64,000 nucleotides of DNA, taken from the IMG/VR virus record IMGVR_UViG_3300042876_000344; one strand, given 5' to 3'. Below are positions 60,094-64,000 of this stretch, piece by piece (the first letter of the stretch is position 1; the number at the start of each line of letters is the position of its first letter). A program made the translations under genes and the position numbers. The DNA is from a virus. The notes below the pieces were generated by a model. It searched no databases and was not told the DNA's origin. It worked only from the letters and a program-made list of their open reading frames with translations.

Positions 60094-60282
60094 ATGAGAA
60101 TCAGACCATGGCCGAACGGGCGCGGGTGCGATGTGGGCCTGACAGAGGTCCACTACGGCGAGCACCTGAGCGTATGGCATCACACGGAAGGCGGGCGCGT
60201 GAAACATCTGACGGCGCCGGCGAGTATGGGAGTTTTGGAAGCCGTCCGGCTGTGCCGGGCGAGAGGGGAGAGGGTGAGATGA
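60094..60282 (+). CDS. small hypothetical protein
   Basis: GGAAGGAATGAGGAA lies upstream of ATG 60094. Confidence 0.45.
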   Translation: MRIRPWPNGRGCDVGLTEVHYGEHLSVWHHTEGGRVKHLTAPASMGVLEAVRLCRARGERVR

Positions 60283-60692
60283 CGAAGAAGATGAAAGAAC
60301 GCATGATCGCCATCGGCGAATTGAAAGCACTGCTGAAGCCGGGCGATACCGTGTACACGATTCTGAGGCATTGCAGCCGATCAGGGATGAGCCGGGTTAT
60401 TGATCTCCAGGTGATGGTGAACAATGAGCCGCGATTCATCGGCTGGACTGCGGCGGTTGCCATGGGCGACCGCTACGACGACAAGCGGGGAGGGATCGTC
60501 ATCGGCGGCTGCGGGATGGATATGGGGTTTGCTCTGGTTTATAACCTCGCCTCCGTGGTGTTCGCTGACGGATTCACCTGCCCGGGGCCTGGCTGCCCGT
60601 CTGCCGATCACTCGAACGGCGACCGGAATTATGAACCGCACGAGCACGCGGGCGTTGCTGGCGGGTACGCGCTGCGGCAGAGGTGGCTGTAA
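60279..60692 (+). CDS. hypothetical protein
   Basis: ATGA coupling. MTKKMKERMIAIGELKALLKPGDTVYTILRHCSRSGMSRVIDLQV... Confidence 0.6.
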   Translation: MTKKMKERMIAIGELKALLKPGDTVYTILRHCSRSGMSRVIDLQVMVNNEPRFIGWTAAVAMGDRYDDKRGGIVIGGCGMDMGFALVYNLASVVFADGFTCPGPGCPSADHSNGDRNYEPHEHAGVAGGYALRQRWL

Positions 60693-60817
60693 TGGAACTC
60701 ACCCTATCTCAGTTGGTTTTGATCGCGGGATGCGGGCTCATCCTGCTGGTCTGCGGGATTGTGGACGCGCGGGATTATGCGCGGCGGAAGCGGATTATCC
60801 GGAGGTGCATGGAATGA
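60692..60817 (+). CDS. possible 41-aa single-pass membrane peptide
   Basis: MELTLSQLVLIAGCGLILLVCGIVDARDYARRKRIIRRCME. Start shares a base with the upstream TAA and the stop overlaps the next ATG. Confidence 0.35.
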   Translation: MELTLSQLVLIAGCGLILLVCGIVDARDYARRKRIIRRCME

Positions 60818-61023
60818 AACCCTGCGAGTGCGGCAGTGTTGAGTTTGAAATTGAGGCGGTATATGCGGCGAAGGACCGCATCCGTCTGGATCGGGGAAGC
60901 AATGATTTCGATATCACCGACACCCACTACGGCGATGGCGAGTGGGAAGACTGGGAAGCGGTCACGTGCTGCGAGTGCGGGAAAACGATGACGTATTCGG
61001 AATGGAGCAATCAGGATGAGTAA
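60814..61023 (+). CDS. small zinc-ribbon-like protein
   Basis: MKPCECGS...CCECGKTM. Confidence 0.5.
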   Translation: MKPCECGSVEFEIEAVYAAKDRIRLDRGSNDFDITDTHYGDGEWEDWEAVTCCECGKTMTYSEWSNQDE

Positions 61024-61195
61024 TCACTACGTTGTCACCTGGGAGATGGATATCGACGCGGGCACGCCTGAAGAGGCGGCCCGCCAGGCGTGGGAGGCGA
61101 TGCGACGGCCTGAGAGCACTGCCAACGTGTTCGATGTGCTGGACACTGAGGGCGGGTGTACGAGGGTGGACCTGATGGAGGGGGGAGATAACTAA
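61016..61195 (+). CDS. small acidic protein (59 aa, below the track cutoff)
   Basis: MSNHYVVTWEMDIDAGTPEEAARQAWEAMRRPESTANVFDVLDTEGG... Confidence 0.45.
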   Translation: MSNHYVVTWEMDIDAGTPEEAARQAWEAMRRPESTANVFDVLDTEGGCTRVDLMEGGDN

Positions 61196-61196
61196 A

Positions 61197-61670
61197 ATGT
61201 GTTGCTGCGAGAAACCAAATATCAACGGAGAGATGGGCTACTCATGGGACGGGGAAAGCATAGGCGTGCGTCCAGCTTCCGCCCCGGAGGTAGCCGAACG
61301 GGATGTGATTTTGTTTGATGAGCCCGGCAGATGTGGGGGGATGGATAGCCACTGCCACCACTACAGGCTAGTGAAGAACGTGGGCACTTACCTACTGGTT
61401 CGGAACGGTGGGGGAGACCAGCGCTTGCGCGTTTCTCTTCCTCGCGGATTCTCCCTCGAATTTATGGATTCCAATACTCGGTATTGGATACTGAACGCGA
61501 TCTACCACGCCCATTCAGACGGGATTAGCGAGGCGCGCACTAATACCGCTGCCGAGTTCCGGAAGGCGTTTGCGGAGGGCAGGCTCAAGAAGCGCAAGCT
61601 ACGGGGGAGCAACTCCGTAAAGGTTTGGATTGAGGATCGGCTGAGAACACCAGAGCAACCGGGGGAGTAA
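61197..61670 (+). CDS. hypothetical protein
   Basis: 157-aa ORF. Confidence 0.55.
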   Translation: MCCCEKPNINGEMGYSWDGESIGVRPASAPEVAERDVILFDEPGRCGGMDSHCHHYRLVKNVGTYLLVRNGGGDQRLRVSLPRGFSLEFMDSNTRYWILNAIYHAHSDGISEARTNTAAEFRKAFAEGRLKKRKLRGSNSVKVWIEDRLRTPEQPGE

Positions 61671-61753
61671 TCCCCCATGGCCCGCAGGGTTGACGCCTCC
61701 ACGTGGCGCGGGCTGGATTCGACAGAGAGCAACCGGGAAGGAACAAGGAGAAC

Positions 61754-61987
61754 ATGACACCACTGGAAGCATTGATTCACCGCTACGGAGCGGACCGGTC
61801 AATGGAATACACCGGCGACATCTGGGGGAATCTGGATATCACATTGACGCCTGCCGAAGTGCTGGCACTGCACCAGGCGCAGGGGTGGGATGAGGACGGC
61901 TACGCTGTTCGCAACGGAGACCGGCGCGGGGACGCCACGCTGGTGCACGAGCCGAGCGGAATCACGATTCTGAGGCTCGCGCAATGA
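61754..61987 (+). CDS. small hypothetical protein
   Basis: AAGGAG lies 3 nt before ATG 61754. Confidence 0.5.
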   Translation: MTPLEALIHRYGADRSMEYTGDIWGNLDITLTPAEVLALHQAQGWDEDGYAVRNGDRRGDATLVHEPSGITILRLAQ

Positions 61988-62442
61988 CCCAATCCGCCCT
62001 ATTCGAAATCCCAGTAGCCACTGAGCGGAACTTCTACCGCTGCGGGGACTGCCTGTCGGTAGTGGCCGTCGACGGTCGCCGGCAACGGCTGAGTTGCCAG
62101 TGCGGCGGCACGCTGGAGCACATGGGCCGGGTCGAGGGTGACCGGCTGACGAAAACGCAGTACCTCTGCCCGTGCGACGGCCGGTGCACGGGCGCCCTAG
62201 GGCCGAACTGCGACTGCCAGTGCGGCGGGGCGAACCACGGGAGCGGGCGGGTGGTGGAGGTCCAGGTGGACGCCGGGCGGGCCGTGGTGAAGCCGCAGAA
62301 CTGGGGGCAGGCTCAGCGAATAGCCGAGGAGTACCGACGAGCCGTGAACACTGCCAGGGCGCGGGGCGTGTCGCTGTGGCGACTGAACGCGGCGGCGGCG
62401 CTGAAGACACACGGGAAACGGATGGAGATGCTGACGAAGTAG
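61984..62442 (+). CDS. Cys-rich (multi-CxC) protein
   Basis: ATGA coupling. CGDC...CQCGG...CPCDGRC...CDCQCGG. Confidence 0.55.
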   Translation: MTQSALFEIPVATERNFYRCGDCLSVVAVDGRRQRLSCQCGGTLEHMGRVEGDRLTKTQYLCPCDGRCTGALGPNCDCQCGGANHGSGRVVEVQVDAGRAVVKPQNWGQAQRIAEEYRRAVNTARARGVSLWRLNAAAALKTHGKRMEMLTK

Positions 62443-62508
62443 GGCGCGTCCTGCGCCCCTGCCCTCGCGAGTCGGGGGCAGGGAGGGAGGACGAACCAAA
62501 AGAGAACC

Positions 62509-62742
62509 ATGAACAGAATGAGCGTGAGGGGAATACACACAGGGCGCGTTGTCCTGTCGTGGGACGATCGACAGGTGGCAACCCTGGTCAAAGGGATTGA
62601 CGCCAGTTCAAGGAGGCACCACTGGCACGTTATCTTGCGAAGCGGCCAGTACCCCGTGGGGCCGACTAGCCCATGCCTTCTCATTGCCTGCCGACAGGTG
62701 ATCCGGCACTACTGGACGACATTCCAGGGCGGGGGGATTTAG
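62509..62742 (+). CDS. hypothetical small protein
   Basis: 77-aa ORF after a GC-rich hairpin. Weak RBS. Confidence 0.35.
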   Translation: MNRMSVRGIHTGRVVLSWDDRQVATLVKGIDASSRRHHWHVILRSGQYPVGPTSPCLLIACRQVIRHYWTTFQGGGI

Positions 62743-62750
62743 GAGAGACG

Positions 62751-63062
62751 ATGAAGACACCACCAGCGCCTGCCTGTAAAGGCTCCCTGCGTGATCTGTG
62801 CAACGCGGGGCTTGATGGTTTCGCCATATCAGAACTAGCTGCATCTGAAGAGTTTTTTGTAATTAGGGGGAGTCGGCTGCCGATATTCATCGCCTCGGCT
62901 GACGGTGTGTTTATGGGTGATGACGTAGCCCCCGCCAATGCGTGGGAGCGGGTGTGGTGCCATGTGTGCTGGCAACTCAGCTATACGGATGCCGAAGTTG
63001 AGGAGTACAGGGGTTACTTCGAGTTGATTGAAGCGTGGATTGAGGGAGAAACCAGTGAATGA
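62751..63062 (+). CDS. hypothetical protein upstream of the integrase
   Basis: GGAGAG upstream of ATG 62751. Confidence 0.5.
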   Translation: MKTPPAPACKGSLRDLCNAGLDGFAISELAASEEFFVIRGSRLPIFIASADGVFMGDDVAPANAWERVWCHVCWQLSYTDAEVEEYRGYFELIEAWIEGETSE

Positions 63063-63888
63063 TCTTGCTCTCCATCGCCCTGATTTGGGCGCTATTGCGC
63101 GTCTGGCAGTCGACGCGCAACGAAACGAGAACACTGCACGGGCGTATGCCAGAGCCATCAACCGATACGTCGAGTGGCACGTCCAGCAGCCGGAGCCGTT
63201 CAGCCGGCGAACTGTGATGGCGTGGATGAAAGAGACGGGCGCCGGCAACCAGGAGTTGTCGGCGCTTCGCACGTTGGCGCGGGAAGCCTACCAGAACGGG
63301 CTGATCGACGACGCCACCACGTACGGCATCACGATGATTCCGGGGGTGCGGCACGAGGGCCGGCGGTCGGGGAACTGGCTGGACCGCGCCAACCTGGCGA
63401 AACTGCTGGAGGTCGCCGCGGATCGGCCGCGGGATCTCGCAATGATTCACCTGCTGACGTACGGGGCGTTGAGGAGAGAAGAGGTGGTGGGCTTGGACTG
63501 TGAGCAGCTGGTCCAGCGGTCGGGCCGGTGGGTGCTGCTGGACGTCAAGCGGAAACGGAATCGAATCCAGACGATCCCACTACTGGAGAGCACTGCCTGG
63601 GTGGTGGGGTCCTGGATCAAAGGAAAGACCGGGAAGATGTTCCCAATCACCAGCCGAAGACTGTACGACATCGTGCGGGAACTGGCCGGACTGGCAGGGA
63701 TTGAGGATTTGGGATGCCATGATCTGAGACGGACGGGTGCAGCGCTGATGCGATCTGCGGGCGCGCCGCTGGAGAAGATCCAGAAACACCTGGGACACGC
63801 CAGCATCATGACGACCACGATTTATTTGCAGGATGTGGACGACCTCAGCGATTCCGCTATTGACTATTTACCAAAAAATAGTGGATAA
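63055..63888 (+). CDS. int: tyrosine recombinase (phage integrase)
   Basis: GTG 63055 lies 6 nt after GGGAG. C-terminal HDLRRTGAALM...LGHASIMTTTIYL carries HxxR and the catalytic Tyr. Confidence 0.9.
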   Translation: MNDLALHRPDLGAIARLAVDAQRNENTARAYARAINRYVEWHVQQPEPFSRRTVMAWMKETGAGNQELSALRTLAREAYQNGLIDDATTYGITMIPGVRHEGRRSGNWLDRANLAKLLEVAADRPRDLAMIHLLTYGALRREEVVGLDCEQLVQRSGRWVLLDVKRKRNRIQTIPLLESTAWVVGSWIKGKTGKMFPITSRRLYDIVRELAGLAGIEDLGCHDLRRTGAALMRSAGAPLEKIQKHLGHASIMTTTIYLQDVDDLSDSAIDYLPKNSG

Positions 63889-63895
63889 TACACCA

Positions 63896-64000
63896 GTGAA
63901 GAAGATTCAGACGTTCGTGACCGATAAAGGGTTCGCCAAGCTGAAGGCGCTGGCGAAGCGGCATGGGGTTTCCATGGGGCGGATTATCGACAGGTTGCTG
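63896..64000 (+). CDS. ribbon-helix-helix (CopG/Arc-like) protein, 5' part, truncated by the window end
   Basis: GTG 63896. VKKIQTFVTDKGFAKLKALAKRHGVSMGRIIDRLL is a typical RHH beta-strand plus helix pattern. Confidence 0.45.
   Translation, partial: MKKIQTFVTDKGFAKLKALAKRHGVSMGRIIDRLL

Noticed and set aside
62443-62508. GC-rich hairpin (CCCTGCCC...GGGCAGGG) after gene 61984-62442, considered as a terminator or att core
   Set aside because: There is no T-run and no repeat partner in the window. It is too weak to call.
1-64000. Searched by eye for CRISPR arrays, reverse transcriptase with template/variable repeats (DGR), retron-like structures, and toxin-antitoxin or known defence operons
   Set aside because: No regularly spaced repeat-spacer array, no RT motifs (YxDD) and no recognisable defence enzymes were seen beyond the phage replication and recombination nucleases. 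Absence is not proven without searches.

Overview
The whole 64-kb window looks like one temperate, podovirus-like dsDNA phage or prophage from a high-GC host. All calls come from reading the sequence and ORF track by eye. No searches were run, so family names are motif-level recognitions from memory.

Layout:
- 1-10.1 kb (+): early and recombination genes (PD-(D/E)XK exonuclease, Gam-like, RecT-like, an SSB-tailed protein, Gp37/Gp68). A lower-GC island here carries an intact ISL3-family transposase.
- 49.3 down to 9.9 kb (-): a nearly gapless late operon. Order: TerL, receptor-binding cassette, portal, scaffold, capsid, tail and internal proteins, a 1987-aa polyvalent protein, a lysis cassette, then seven secreted-looking fibre or depolymerase-like proteins. 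An opposite-strand HNH homing endonuclease interrupts it.
- 49.4-57.9 kb (+): replication genes (VRR-NUC, SF2 helicase, a small-paralog array, Xis-like HTH, Prim-Pol/VirE primase), followed by an iteron-rich non-coding region.
- 58.4-64 kb: an HTH protein (-), small genes, a tyrosine integrase and a partial RHH gene.

Most notable observations:
1. An SD-led 63-codon gene nested out of frame inside the giant ORF.
2. Sec-type signal peptides on nine fibre-like proteins.
3. A clustered 15-bp motif around the transposase island.
4. Four promoter-plus-ATG arrangements that suggest leaderless early transcripts.
5. A tandem array of small paralogous genes.

Several likely genes shorter than 60 aa or with GTG/TTG starts are added to the track. 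No tRNA, rRNA, CRISPR array or reverse transcriptase was seen.
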